IMG/VR virus record: IMGVR_UViG_3300029305_006500 | Strand: one strand, 5' to 3' | Length of the DNA: 64,000 nt | From: a virus | Taxonomy: Duplodnaviria > Caudoviricetes | Shown: piece after piece, positions 34,714 through 46,091 of the stretch | Position numbering within the stretch: position 1 is the stretch's first letter | How the letters are laid out: every line of letters begins with the position of its first letter | Translations under genes and position numbers: made by a program | The notes under the pieces: model-generated | The model's input: only the letters and a program-made list of their open reading frames with translations | Database searches by the model: none | Told to the model about the DNA's origin: nothing

Positions 34714-37431
34714 ATGGCAATGACTTATCAGAATTTCGCCTCTTTAGGCGTTAACTTAAATAGACAGAAATATGGTCCTCTGGATATTTCTAATGTATTT
34801 ACTTCTGCTGCAGACTTGCAGTATTATTTAACAAAGGGTACTTATACAGAGGGTGTATCCGAATATTGGTATAAAAATGCCAATGAGAAGATTGTTCCTT
34901 ATCCTTATGAAGGTCAAGTTCTGGCAACTGTTATTGATGGTGTTGTAAATGTTTATACTCTTGCACTAGATGCAGAAGGTAACTTTGTAACTCAGGAAAT
35001 TGCAGGAAAAATTGAAGTTGATGGTACAACTATTACTAAAGATGCAGAAGGAAAGCTTTCTATTGTTGCTCCTGTAAGTCCAGACAGTACCAAAACTTAT
35101 AACTTTGCTTATGCAAATGGTGTCTATTCTTGGGTAGAGGTTGATACCGCTACTGCCGCTGGTCAAGCTCAAGCTATCACAGGCCTTCAGGAGCGTACAG
35201 CAGCTCTTGAAACTTCTATCAATGGTAAGGCTGCCGTTGGCTCTGAAGGGGACGAAGGATATCAGCCTGCCGTTGTAGGTTTAGCAGACAAAGTTGCTCA
35301 GAATACTGGTACAATTGTGGCTGAAGCACAAGCTAGAGAAGACGGAGATAAGAATCTTTCTGATCGTATTGGTACTGCAGAAGATGGTAGTGATAAGGCT
35401 ACTGTATATGGTGCTATTGCTAAAGCTTTAGCAGAAGCTAAACAGTATGCAGATGACAATGATGCTGATACTGCTTATGATGATACTGAGCTCTCTGGAC
35501 GCATAGCGGCGGTTGAAACTGCAATTAATGATGAGACATCTGATTTAAATAAAGCTATTGCTGCTAATACTACTGCTATTGCTACAGAAAAAACACGTGC
35601 AGAAGCGGCTGAAGCTCAAGTACTTACTGATGCAAAAGCTTATACAGATGAAGAGCTTACTGGCTTAGAAGTTGTTATAGAACAGAGAGAATCTGTTGAC
35701 TTCATTGTATTAAAGAATAAAGCTGGTACAGAGATTGCTTCAGTAGATGCATCTAAATTTGTACAGGATAGTTTCCTTGATGATGTAGCTTATGATGCTG
35801 AGTCTGGTAAGATTACCTTTACTTGGGTAATGGGAGATGGTTCTACTAAGACTGATGAAGTTGCTGTTGCAGATTTTGTTCAAACTTATACAGCAGGTAG
35901 CGGACTAACTCTTACAGGCAATGAGTTTTCTGTTGACACTTCAATTATTGCAACAGTTGAGGCTTTAAATGGCGTTAAAGCTACTGCAGAAGCTGCACAG
36001 ACCGCTGAGCAGGTAGAAACAGCTATCTCTAATGCTATTGAGGCAGAAAATCTAGCTCAGTACGCAAAAGCTAATGAGGTAGTAGCTAATACTACTTTTG
36101 ATGAATTCAAGACTTCCAATACAGAGGCTATTGCAGATGCAAAGAAAGCTGGTACTGATGCGGCTGCCGCGCTCACTTCACATATTGAGGAAGCTAATAC
36201 TGCTATTGCTGATGCTAAAAAGGCTGGTACAGATGCTGCAGCAGCCCTTGATAGCTATAAAACTGAAGTAACAACTGCATTAGAGACTAAAGTTGAAAAT
36301 GCAACTATTATTCACGCGGTAGCGGCTGTTGAGGCAGATCCAGAAAATGGTATAGAAGCTGTTGAAGCTATTCCTGAAGGTGTAACTAAGGAAGGTACTA
36401 CTCTTAAGATTGTTGTAGACGCTCCTACAAGAGCTGAAACAACACAAATGATTGCAGATAAAGTTGCTGCTGTCACCGGTGGTGAATCTGCCGCTGCTGT
36501 TAAGCTACTTGTTGAAGCTGAAGTAGATAGATCCAAAGCTAAAGATGATGCTCATGATGCAGCTCTTAATATTCTCCAAGGTGACGCTACCAAAGCTGGT
36601 TCAGTGGCAGAGGCTAAAGCTCTTGCTCAAAAAGGTGTTGATGATGCAGCTAAGGTTGCAGCTGATCTTGCAACCGCTAATACTACTAATACAAATGAGT
36701 TTAATGCTGTAAAGGATAGTATTTCTACAGTAAGTACAACCTTAACTGAGAAGGTTACTGCACTAGAAAACAAAGATACTACTATTGAAGGCAATATCAC
36801 AGCGCTTCAAACTACTGTAAGTGGTCATACTACAACAATTACAGAGCATGGCACAGAAATAGCAGCTCTTAAAGATAAAGATCTTGAATTTACTACTCTA
36901 ATTAAAGCAAATACAGATAAATTTGCAGACTATTCTACCACAGAGCAGATGAATACTGCTATTGGTAATGCTATTGCTGCAATTGATTATAAGGACTACG
37001 CAAAGAAAGCTGAGGTAGAAGCTACTTATGCAAAAGCTGCAGATGTTTACACTAAGACGGATGCAGATGCTACCTTCATGACACAAGATAAAGTAGATTC
37101 TAGAATCAATACTTTAATTGTTGCAGCTGATCCTGAGGGAGGCAAAACAATCTCTGATATCCAGAACCTCGTTAAATATGTTGACGAAAATGCTGGTGAG
37201 ATTACAGAGCTTATTACTGCAACAGATGCAAACACTGCTAAGTTGACAGGAATTGAGGGCACAGTAAAAGCTTATGTAGATACTGCAGTAGCTTCCGCAA
37301 CTCCGAAGATTTCTGAAGAATTTGAGCTAGCAGCAGATGGTACTATGAGTATCAAATCTATCGATATTAGTAAGATCACTCAGAGTACAGGTACTGTAGT
37401 AATTCTAAATGGCGGAAATGCTAAACAATAA
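34714..37431 (+). CDS. Long Ala/Thr-rich coiled-coil tail fibre (905 aa)
   Basis: AKQYADD, EKTRAEAAE, YTAGSGLTL and duplicated AIADAKKAGTDAAAAL motifs. Confidence 0.75.
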   Translation: MAMTYQNFASLGVNLNRQKYGPLDISNVFTSAADLQYYLTKGTYTEGVSEYWYKNANEKIVPYPYEGQVLATVIDGVVNVYTLALDAEGNFVTQEIAGKIEVDGTTITKDAEGKLSIVAPVSPDSTKTYNFAYANGVYSWVEVDTATAAGQAQAITGLQERTAALETSINGKAAVGSEGDEGYQPAVVGLADKVAQNTGTIVAEAQAREDGDKNLSDRIGTAEDGSDKATVYGAIAKALAEAKQYADDNDADTAYDDTELSGRIAAVETAINDETSDLNKAIAANTTAIATEKTRAEAAEAQVLTDAKAYTDEELTGLEVVIEQRESVDFIVLKNKAGTEIASVDASKFVQDSFLDDVAYDAESGKITFTWVMGDGSTKTDEVAVADFVQTYTAGSGLTLTGNEFSVDTSIIATVEALNGVKATAEAAQTAEQVETAISNAIEAENLAQYAKANEVVANTTFDEFKTSNTEAIADAKKAGTDAAAALTSHIEEANTAIADAKKAGTDAAAALDSYKTEVTTALETKVENATIIHAVAAVEADPENGIEAVEAIPEGVTKEGTTLKIVVDAPTRAETTQMIADKVAAVTGGESAAAVKLLVEAEVDRSKAKDDAHDAALNILQGDATKAGSVAEAKALAQKGVDDAAKVAADLATANTTNTNEFNAVKDSISTVSTTLTEKVTALENKDTTIEGNITALQTTVSGHTTTITEHGTEIAALKDKDLEFTTLIKANTDKFADYSTTEQMNTAIGNAIAAIDYKDYAKKAEVEATYAKAADVYTKTDADATFMTQDKVDSRINTLIVAADPEGGKTISDIQNLVKYVDENAGEITELITATDANTAKLTGIEGTVKAYVDTAVASATPKISEEFELAADGTMSIKSIDISKITQSTGTVVILNGGNAKQ

Positions 37432-37513
37432 ATAATACTTACCAAGATATGGCCTATTAAATAGACCATATCTCAAATATAAAAATTTTATATAATTAGG
37501 AGATTTGAAAAAT

Positions 37514-39265
37514 ATGTCAGATTTTTTAATTAATGCAGATCTAGTTCTTAATACTAAAATTTTGCTTCGCAGAGCTGAATTTGATGATGCATGTATTTTA
37601 GATGCTGGAGAACCTGGTTATCACACTGGAACAAAAGTATTTAAAATCGGTGATGGTACTACAGCTTGGAAAGACCTTCCTTTTGCTAATAAAGGACAGG
37701 TTGAACTTATATTAGCAAATTATTATACTAAGGGCAAAGTTGATGAGTTACTTGGGGCTGCAGAAGAAGCCTTTGATGGTAAGCTTGAAGGTTATAAAAC
37801 TCTTCAGGAGGTAATTGCAGCTGTACAGACAGAGACTAATGTATTTGTTGATACCGTAGCTCAAGATGCAAACGGTGTAGTTACCATCACAACTAAGTCA
37901 GTTGATTTCTCTGCAGCTGATGATAGATTTAAAAAGCTTCAGACTGCGGTTGAAGCTGTTGCAACTGCAAAGAATGTCTTTATTGAAAAAATTGCTCAGG
38001 ACGCTCAGGGTGTAATTACAATTAGTACTAAGGCTGTTGATTTCAGTGATTACAGAACGGCTGCTGATCAGGACCTTATTGATGCAACATTCAAGACTAA
38101 ACAGACTGCTGTTAATAAGACCGGTAGCACAAGTAAAACTATCACTGCGGTTACTCAGAATGAAAATGGCGAAATTGATATTACCTTCGGTGATATTGCA
38201 TTTCCTGCTCAAACTGATTATACAGTAACTTGTACTGATGAAGAAGTTGAAGCTACTGAATCCGCAGGTGCTTATAAACGTCATACACTTACACAGAATG
38301 GTCAGACTGTTTGTACTATTGATATTCCTAGAGACCTTGTTATTAAGAGTGGTTCCGTTGACAAAGAGACTAATGAGCTCGTTCTTGTACTTGTTAATGA
38401 TGAGGAAATTAGAGTAGATGTATCTCATCTTATCGAGTATGTAACAGGTGCTACAGCTGCTGATGGTGTTATTACTATTAACATTAGTGATGATTTTGTA
38501 GCTACTGCTACTATCAATGATGGCACTATTACTTCCGCTAAGTTTGCTGCTGAAGTAGATGAGTATGTAGATGGTCGTATCGAGGACAAAGCTAAGCTTA
38601 AACAGACTGCTTATTCTGCAACTGGCGATACTAAGAAAACTATTACTTCAGTAACTCAGAATGAGAATGGTGAGATTACTGTTGCTTATAGTGATATTGA
38701 TTTCTCGCATAACCATGATACACAGTATAAAGTGCTTCAGACAGCTATCGATGTAGTAGAGACTGAGGCTAATGAGTTTATTGACACTGTTGCTCAAGAT
38801 GCTCAGGGCGTAGTTACTATTACTACTAAAAAGGTTGATTTCTCTGCAGCTATTCAAGAAGCTAAGGACTATGCAGACAGCTTAGACCATGAGGATACCA
38901 CTTATGTAGTAGCTCCAACAGCAAATGCTCTTGAATTTACTGTTACTCCAGAGGGTAAAGGTGAGGCTCAGACTGTAACACTTGTTGCACCTATAGTAGA
39001 CACTGGTGTTATGAGCGTGACTGCTGGGGCTTCAAATAATGATATTACTGTTAATACAACAGATGGAGCAGTAACTGTCGCACATAAAGATTACCAAACA
39101 GGCACTGTAAAAGATGCTATACATGATTCTGCAACAGATCCTTCTTTCGTTACAGGCATTACTATTGAGAACGGCCATGTAACTGGTGCAACTGTTCAGA
39201 ATCTTAAAGAAGTTCTTAAAGGTATGACAATTGTGCTTGATGGCGGTACACTTAAAATTGGCTAA
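37514..39265 (+). CDS. Tail fibre with Mtd_N-like domain and internal repeats
   Basis: GEPGY...FKIGDGTTAWKDLPF; repeated AQDAQGVVTITTKxVDFS and TQNENGEI. Confidence 0.75.
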   Translation: MSDFLINADLVLNTKILLRRAEFDDACILDAGEPGYHTGTKVFKIGDGTTAWKDLPFANKGQVELILANYYTKGKVDELLGAAEEAFDGKLEGYKTLQEVIAAVQTETNVFVDTVAQDANGVVTITTKSVDFSAADDRFKKLQTAVEAVATAKNVFIEKIAQDAQGVITISTKAVDFSDYRTAADQDLIDATFKTKQTAVNKTGSTSKTITAVTQNENGEIDITFGDIAFPAQTDYTVTCTDEEVEATESAGAYKRHTLTQNGQTVCTIDIPRDLVIKSGSVDKETNELVLVLVNDEEIRVDVSHLIEYVTGATAADGVITINISDDFVATATINDGTITSAKFAAEVDEYVDGRIEDKAKLKQTAYSATGDTKKTITSVTQNENGEITVAYSDIDFSHNHDTQYKVLQTAIDVVETEANEFIDTVAQDAQGVVTITTKKVDFSAAIQEAKDYADSLDHEDTTYVVAPTANALEFTVTPEGKGEAQTVTLVAPIVDTGVMSVTAGASNNDITVNTTDGAVTVAHKDYQTGTVKDAIHDSATDPSFVTGITIENGHVTGATVQNLKEVLKGMTIVLDGGTLKIG

Positions 39266-39277
39266 TTAAATATAAAA

Positions 39278-39315
39278 AATAAAGACTAACTCAGGGAGTT
39301 AGTCTTTATTTTTTT
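39278..39315 (+). terminator. Terminator
   Basis: AATAAAGACTAACTC/GAGTTAGTCTTTATT stem plus T tract. Confidence 0.75.
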
Positions 39316-39508
39316 GCTAAATTAATTAGATTCAGCTCCTGAAACTGATGTGAGCTACTAACCGTTAATTTGTTGTATACTTGAAAGCGATAGTATAGAA
39401 TTAGCAATTTTAAAATTGTGTAATTAAAAACATTAATGGGAAGTATTGTAGCTAGTTGTCAGATTAAAGCTGATAACTAGTTTTTTATGTAAATAAAGGA
39501 TTAATATA

Positions 39509-39742
39509 ATGAAAAAAGAGTCTCCTAAAATAGAAACTTCCCAAAATTGGGAAAAAGCAAAAAATTTTATACCAAAGAAAAACCAAATAATTATCTATGA
39601 AGGTATTAAACAAGATGATCAGTATATAAAACCTCCTAGGATAAAAATCGGTGACGGCATTAATACTGTATCTAATTTGCCTTTTGAACCAAGTATTTCT
39701 GTGGAATACTTGGATGGAGAAGGTGTGCTAATAATAGATTGA
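39509..39742 (+). CDS. Stand-alone Mtd_N-like small protein
   Basis: NWEKAKNFIPKKNQIIIY...RIKIGDGINTVSNLPF. Confidence 0.65.
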   Translation: MKKESPKIETSQNWEKAKNFIPKKNQIIIYEGIKQDDQYIKPPRIKIGDGINTVSNLPFEPSISVEYLDGEGVLIID

Positions 39743-41367
39743 TAAAGAAAGGAGTTAATACTATGAGTGAAGATAAATATTTTGTAGACGCCGATGAGAT
39801 TAGTAGTGTTAATAGTGTGCCATTAATCTCAAAAATTAAGATCGGCACTAAAAATTTTGATATTACCTCTCCAAAAGACTGGTCTGAAAACAGACCTGCC
39901 CACAGAGCCTATATACACGGCCGCACACACTATGAAGATTTGAGAAGGTACACGGAAGAAGACCTTAAGCTTTTAGAAACCTGTCAGCATTATTTTAATA
40001 ATATAAATGAGACTGACTTTTGGCATCCTACTGTAGAGTGGTTTGACCCGACATTAGGGAAGAAATATAAATTTTCTTTTAGATATAATAATGAAGACGA
40101 GGCGAATGCAACAAGCTTTGATTGGGAGCTGAGCAATAGCTTGTATACTTTCGAGCATTCTGGGACCACTATAGAACTTAAATTTGATTCAAGCTCTGGT
40201 ACATTTCAAATACAAGGTGAAAAAATTTCTATAGAGAATACATTAACTATTAAACCGATTATTTTTGATATAAAGGCTGATACAGAAACCCAAGAAGCAA
40301 CCAGTTATAACATAGTAAAAAAACTGGACACAAAATTTATCTCTTTGGACCACAAAACAATCATCCAAAACAGTCGAGGTCAACTACAAACAGATGCTCT
40401 TTTTGAAGAAGACTTTAGAGTTTCACAGGATTTTGGAAAATACAAAGCAAAAGATACAATAGCTGCAGAAGGAAAAACTTTAACTCAGATCTTTAAAGAA
40501 GCTTTTTGTGAAGATTTACAACCAAGTAAAGTTACTCTACCTAGAATAGTATCTTATAGCATATATGATGAGCTAGAATCTGAGACAGGTCCACTAATTT
40601 ACGAGATTGGTACAACTAATAAGACATTGAACTGGAAACTAATTTACAACCCCGGTAAATATTCTTATGGTACCAAAAATGGATACGATTCAAATGTCTA
40701 TATGGACAGTCTTGACTTTACATATGACTCAAAAAATGAGAACTGTGCCCTGAGTCCACTGGATATGCCCGAATTAGAGAGAAAACCAAATGTTGGAGAT
40801 CAACACTTCTTTGGTACTTTTAATTTAACAGTTAACAAAGTAGGTTCAGGTCAATCTAAGGTAAAAGTAAAATTTAGATATGATCCGGATGATTATTCTG
40901 TTACTAGTTTAGGAGAACAAGCAGTCCCAGAGGTTATTTTTGAGTTAAATGAAGGTGACCTTATTGTAGCTCCCAGAGAGATTGTAGGAGCTTATCGTTG
41001 GTTCTGGGGCTATAGAAATGCTGGAGATGATGAAATAACAGATTTCAGTAAAATTGATAGGACAGCTTTTCAGTCATCTAGTTTGATAGGCTTTCCAGAA
41101 GAATTTACTACCAGTAAAGCAAAGCAATGGTTTTTTGCTGTACCCAAGACTGAGACGGGGGAAGCTTTTGGGACGGTTTTAGGGTTAAAAAATAAATATT
41201 CAGATGCTGATGTAAGCCCAATTATTAATGAAATGAATATCACACTTACTGATGCAGCTGGTGAGGAGCATGGCTATTTATTATTCTATATAAATAATAA
41301 TGAAGCAGATCTTGGTACAAATACTTATAAAATTATCTATGAAGATGGAGGTGTTATGAATGGATGA
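39739..41367 (+). CDS. Virion/tail protein (likely start at Met 39763)
   Basis: DWSEN...YIHGRTHY motif; paralogous segments with 33595..34692. Confidence 0.7.
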   Translation: MIKKGVNTMSEDKYFVDADEISSVNSVPLISKIKIGTKNFDITSPKDWSENRPAHRAYIHGRTHYEDLRRYTEEDLKLLETCQHYFNNINETDFWHPTVEWFDPTLGKKYKFSFRYNNEDEANATSFDWELSNSLYTFEHSGTTIELKFDSSSGTFQIQGEKISIENTLTIKPIIFDIKADTETQEATSYNIVKKLDTKFISLDHKTIIQNSRGQLQTDALFEEDFRVSQDFGKYKAKDTIAAEGKTLTQIFKEAFCEDLQPSKVTLPRIVSYSIYDELESETGPLIYEIGTTNKTLNWKLIYNPGKYSYGTKNGYDSNVYMDSLDFTYDSKNENCALSPLDMPELERKPNVGDQHFFGTFNLTVNKVGSGQSKVKVKFRYDPDDYSVTSLGEQAVPEVIFELNEGDLIVAPREIVGAYRWFWGYRNAGDDEITDFSKIDRTAFQSSSLIGFPEEFTTSKAKQWFFAVPKTETGEAFGTVLGLKNKYSDADVSPIINEMNITLTDAAGEEHGYLLFYINNNEADLGTNTYKIIYEDGGVMNG

Positions 41368-42607
41368 TTCTACTTTAACTTTTGATGCTCTTAAACAAGT
41401 TGTAGATTCAGCTACTAACGCTGGAAAAGTTTTAGACCTAGGTGTCCCGATTCATAGAACTAATGCGACCCCACTAGATCTTTCCTCCATAATTTTGCTT
41501 GAGGGCTATTATCAAGATGAAGCTTCTTTTCGTACTGAGGCTAGAAAGGCTATTGAAGAAGATGCTATTGAAAATGGAAAACATAAGACCTGGTACCCTG
41601 GGCAACAGCTTAATGTTATAGGAAGAATTGGTGATGAATCTAGTTCTACTGGACACGTATTAAGTTTTATCTTACAGCCTAAAGATTACTTACATACAGA
41701 TTTTAGTATTGCCAATGATGAAACTTCAACTACAGTTAACGAAACAAATCACGAAACAATTGCACAAGAGCTTGTATATAAGCCTTATATAGACAGTCTC
41801 AAAGCAGACTTAGGCAGCTTTGAGACCAACTTACAAAAGCTACGTAGCGAGATCGGTGAATTAACCTCTATAATGAATTTCATAGGAATTTTTGAAGAAA
41901 TTCCTAATAGTAATACTCATCCTAACTACCAACCAAAGCCTGGAGATATAATTATAGTCCAGAAGTCTGATGAAACAGAAAAAGACGGCTCTACAACTCA
42001 GCCCAATCCTAGCAAAAAAGGTATGGAATATATTTATACGTCAGAGGGGTATTGGGAAGAACTTGGTTTTTGGTCAAATATAGTTGAATTTATTGGCGGC
42101 ACATCAGGTCTAAAGCTGCCTGAAAAGCTCTTTAATATCGACGTTACAAGTAAATCTCTAATAAGCTTTATTCAATATGCTGATGAATCTCTAGCTGAAA
42201 AAATTGGTATACTAAAGCCAATAGAACCTGATGATGTGACGGGTACTTTAGGTAGTAGAGCATTATTTATTCCTATCGAAATATTTGGTAAATACAAACA
42301 TGGTCTAACTTTACTTGAATATTTACAAGAATCAGACCAAGCTCTTGCAAAATTCATTCGAGGTGAGGATACAAAGAATGAACTTAGCCTACCTAAAGAT
42401 CTCTTAAACAGTGATGTAAAAGATCCAAGCAATTTACTAGAGTTTATTCAGGCTGCCGATGCACAGTTAGACCGCAAGATTGAAGGAAAGTTTAAAGACT
42501 TTTTAGATAATAGCTATGTTACAGTACAAGAAGATACTAACACTAATTATAGTATTTTAAAATTTACGAAGAGAGGGGACAGTACAACTAATGTCAAATT
42601 CAACTAA
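41360..42607 (+). CDS. Tail-associated protein
   Basis: RTNATPLD motif; MNFIG...GDIIIV...EYIY...WEELG module. Confidence 0.7.
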   Translation: MDDSTLTFDALKQVVDSATNAGKVLDLGVPIHRTNATPLDLSSIILLEGYYQDEASFRTEARKAIEEDAIENGKHKTWYPGQQLNVIGRIGDESSSTGHVLSFILQPKDYLHTDFSIANDETSTTVNETNHETIAQELVYKPYIDSLKADLGSFETNLQKLRSEIGELTSIMNFIGIFEEIPNSNTHPNYQPKPGDIIIVQKSDETEKDGSTTQPNPSKKGMEYIYTSEGYWEELGFWSNIVEFIGGTSGLKLPEKLFNIDVTSKSLISFIQYADESLAEKIGILKPIEPDDVTGTLGSRALFIPIEIFGKYKHGLTLLEYLQESDQALAKFIRGEDTKNELSLPKDLLNSDVKDPSNLLEFIQAADAQLDRKIEGKFKDFLDNSYVTVQEDTNTNYSILKFTKRGDSTTNVKFN

Positions 42608-45600
42608 CACAAAAATTAAACAGATAGATCTTTTTGATAAACTTTATGATCTTGATGTTCCAAAAGACCTAAATGAAAATAACCCTGAAGCAGTTGGCTA
42701 TATAAAAGGTCGAACTCACTGGGGAACAAATACTGTTATTAACTCAGGCTGGTCAGTAAATTCAGGTTCACTTGTTGTGTTAGACAACGCATCAGAAAAT
42801 CGTAAAGACCCTGTATTTATTAGACTCTTTGATAAACAAGAGTCTAAGGAATATTGTTTTTCTTTAGCAAAAAATACTTCAAGAACTTTTGATGTTGATC
42901 CTATAAATTATCAACAATTTAAAATATCTCTTAGCTTTAGTCCGGACCTCGGCTATGGACCAGAGGAGGAAGTTTTTGGTACATATAGTTTAACTCTTGA
43001 AGTTGCGCCAGAATCGCTAAACGCATGGCCGGAGCTTGTAGATCGTCAGTTTGATGTCGAGGTAATAACTGATGCTGAACGTATCAGCCCACTATTCTTG
43101 CCTTATACAAATTTAACACAAAAAGATAATGGTCAAATTGTTATAGCTGATACTTTATCTGTTGGTTATGATACAACCATAACTGGAAAATACAGCGTTG
43201 CAAGTGGCTATCAAACAAAAGCAATAGGTGATAATTCTCATGCTTCTGGCCATTCTTCTATTGCTGGTGGAAAATGCTACTACTTTAGTGATATCGATTT
43301 TGAAAATAAGAAAATCTATTTATCAAATACTCAAGTATTTGGTCCGAAGACAGAAGTAAGCGGAGTTTGGAAGTTTAAATATGATCATATTAATGATATC
43401 GATCCTAAGTATAGTGGCTCATATACAGATCCAGAAACTGGCGAAATGGTTGATTATCAAAATCCCGTTGCACAAAATATTAATTTTTCTTGTAATGGAG
43501 TATCTTATAATAAAATAAGTGCAAGTTATTTTAATCCAGCTGGTATTACGGGATTAAGTTATTATCAGGGAGAAAACGAGATAACTGTATACGGTCCCAT
43601 TCCTTCTATTGACGGACATTGGCATGACGAAGTTTATAAAACTATAGACTTCGGAAAAGAAGCACAGCCTGTTTCAGCGGAGTTTTATTCTTGGTTAACT
43701 GATGTTGCAAGACTAGAAGCTTCTGATATTACTATTCCCGAAGAACTAGCAACCGCAATTGTTGGACAGTATCTTTATATTCATAATACTAATGCTTATT
43801 ATGGAATGGCTAAAGTTGCTGAAGTAGGAAATGGTTATATTACTTATACTGGAAATCCTGGATTTAATTCTATAAATAGCGTTGCAGAAGCAAATATCCA
43901 CGTTGATGACTGGACAGTAAGAGTTCCTTCGGTTCCTGAATTCGGGGTAGTTGCTTTTGAAGATGAAAGATTCGGCGGCGTACAAACAGCAGAAGGTTAT
44001 TGGTCTTATGCTACTGGTATTGGTTCTCATGCTGAAGGATCTAGCATTGCCGCAGGCTCTTGGTCACACGCTGAGGGTAACGAAACCGAAGCGGCCTATG
44101 GAGCACACTCTGAAGGTTCTAGCACCAAAGCTTTGGGTGTAGGTACTCACGCAGAAGGTTCAGGTTCTATTGCTGGTCCCGACCCAGTAGATGTTGAAAG
44201 TGGTGTTGCTGGTCAGAATATGTCGAATGAAACTGCTTACTACACTGGAGCGCACGCAGAAGGTTATTGGACTAAATCCAAAGCAAAAGGTTCTCACGCC
44301 GAAGGTATGTCAACAACTGCTAGTGGTCATGGTTCTCACGCTGAAGGACAAAATACAAAAGCATCAGGTATTGGCTCTCATACTGAAGGCTACAAGACAG
44401 AGGCTACCGGTAGTTATACACATGCAGAGGGTGTGGAAACTGATGCTACAGCAGAGGCTTCTCATGCAGAAGGTAAAAACACTATATCAAGTGGCACTGC
44501 GACCCATGCAGAAGGCGGTTGGACTAAAGCAACTCAACCCTATGCTCACTCCGAAGGCCAAGAGACTCAGGCAAATGGTAAGTCTTCTCACGCAGAAGGC
44601 TATAAGACTATAACCAAAGCTAATTATTCGCATGCAGAAGGAGATAATACTACGGCATCTGCTCAAAGTGCACATGCAGAAGGTACAACAACGGTAGCTA
44701 GTGGAATTGCCGCGCACGCTGAAGGTAATAAGACTCAGGCAACTGGTGCTTATACTCATACTGAAGGTTCTGAAACTAAAGCTACTATGAATAATGCTCA
44801 TGCTGAAGGTAATAGAACTCAAGCTATATATTATAATGCTCACGCTGAAGGTCAAGATACTATTGCAAAAGAAAACTCTGCCCATGCGGAAGGTGATACA
44901 ACTCAGGCGCTAAAACGTGCTGCACACTCTGAGGGTAGAGAAACTATTGCTTATAGTGGTGCTTCTCACGCTGAAGGTTATAGGACTAAAGCTGGCACTG
45001 AAGGAAAGGCTGATTACGAAGGCGCTCATGCAGAGGGATATGAAACAACAGCCTATGGTAAGGGTGCTCACGCAGAAGGAGAAGATACTACCTCTTCTGG
45101 TATTGCCTCTCATGCTGAAGGTAAAAATACTCTCGCTCATGGCGACTACTCTCATGCAAGTGGTATAAACACTAAAGCATATGGTTCTGAATCTGTTGTA
45201 TTTGGTAGAAACAACTCTGCTGGCGCAAGAGGTTATTACTTGAATAATGCTTATTGGAATGATAGCACTTTATCCCTCGCTCTTGGAACAACTTATAAGA
45301 GCTACTGTCCTATTACAGATGTATCAGGTATTTTGCCCGCTGATTGGAGTTCAACTGGATATGAAGTTAATATTCATATTACTGACCACTATCCTAATTT
45401 TGACTTCTATGTTACGGATAGTGATGGATATTTACGCATCAGTAGAGGTTCTGAACAAGTAGAAGAATTCATTAGCATTCTCCTAGAATTAAACGGCGGC
45501 CCAGCTGAAAATGCAGGTAATGCTCGCTCTTGGTCTGTTGTTAACACTAGTATGCTCGACTCTGGTGAAGTTTACTTCGGTAATAACTCATTTGTATCTG

Positions 45601-46073
45601 GTGAAGAGAATAAGGGCTGGGGTAACCACATTCACATTGAAGGTGCTAGAAATATTGCAGGCGGTGAGGCTGCTCACGCAGAAGGTGCAGACAATTCCGC
45701 AGAAGGTAATAATTCACATGCAGAAGGTCAAGGTAACCATTCTTTCGGTAATGACTCCCATGCAGAGGGTAGAGACACAAAGTCCATAGGAGAGGCTTCC
45801 CATGCGGCTGGTATAGGCACTATCGCCAAGGAAGACGGTCAAACTGTTGTTGGTAAATACAATAGTGATGATGAAAAAGCACTCTTTGTGGTAGGTGCAG
45901 GTATATCTGACTCAGTAAGAAGTAATGCATTTACTGCTGGTAAGAATTCAAGTAATGAATATTATATAACCGTTGGTAGTACAACACTTACAGAAAATCA
46001 ACTCAAGAAGATACTCGCATTTATTGAGCAGTCTGACAGCTTACTTGACTCTGCAACATGGGGCGAATTTTAA
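42591..46073 (+). CDS. Tail fibre with YadA-head-like (SHAEG) repeats (1160 aa)
   Basis: Many 14-aa xHAEGxxTxAxGxx repeats; C-terminal LFVVGAG...RSNAF. Confidence 0.85.
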   Translation: MSNSTNTKIKQIDLFDKLYDLDVPKDLNENNPEAVGYIKGRTHWGTNTVINSGWSVNSGSLVVLDNASENRKDPVFIRLFDKQESKEYCFSLAKNTSRTFDVDPINYQQFKISLSFSPDLGYGPEEEVFGTYSLTLEVAPESLNAWPELVDRQFDVEVITDAERISPLFLPYTNLTQKDNGQIVIADTLSVGYDTTITGKYSVASGYQTKAIGDNSHASGHSSIAGGKCYYFSDIDFENKKIYLSNTQVFGPKTEVSGVWKFKYDHINDIDPKYSGSYTDPETGEMVDYQNPVAQNINFSCNGVSYNKISASYFNPAGITGLSYYQGENEITVYGPIPSIDGHWHDEVYKTIDFGKEAQPVSAEFYSWLTDVARLEASDITIPEELATAIVGQYLYIHNTNAYYGMAKVAEVGNGYITYTGNPGFNSINSVAEANIHVDDWTVRVPSVPEFGVVAFEDERFGGVQTAEGYWSYATGIGSHAEGSSIAAGSWSHAEGNETEAAYGAHSEGSSTKALGVGTHAEGSGSIAGPDPVDVESGVAGQNMSNETAYYTGAHAEGYWTKSKAKGSHAEGMSTTASGHGSHAEGQNTKASGIGSHTEGYKTEATGSYTHAEGVETDATAEASHAEGKNTISSGTATHAEGGWTKATQPYAHSEGQETQANGKSSHAEGYKTITKANYSHAEGDNTTASAQSAHAEGTTTVASGIAAHAEGNKTQATGAYTHTEGSETKATMNNAHAEGNRTQAIYYNAHAEGQDTIAKENSAHAEGDTTQALKRAAHSEGRETIAYSGASHAEGYRTKAGTEGKADYEGAHAEGYETTAYGKGAHAEGEDTTSSGIASHAEGKNTLAHGDYSHASGINTKAYGSESVVFGRNNSAGARGYYLNNAYWNDSTLSLALGTTYKSYCPITDVSGILPADWSSTGYEVNIHITDHYPNFDFYVTDSDGYLRISRGSEQVEEFISILLELNGGPAENAGNARSWSVVNTSMLDSGEVYFGNNSFVSGEENKGWGNHIHIEGARNIAGGEAAHAEGADNSAEGNNSHAEGQGNHSFGNDSHAEGRDTKSIGEASHAAGIGTIAKEDGQTVVGKYNSDDEKALFVVGAGISDSVRSNAFTAGKNSSNEYYITVGSTTLTENQLKKILAFIEQSDSLLDSATWGEF
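45705..45826 (+). repeat. 122-bp exact direct repeat, copy 1 (copy 2 at 51465-51586)
   Basis: Identical GGTAATAATTCACATG...GGCACTATCGC within a longer homologous stretch of the two fibre genes. Confidence 0.85.
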
Positions 46074-46091
46074 TAAAGGAGGCAGCATAAT

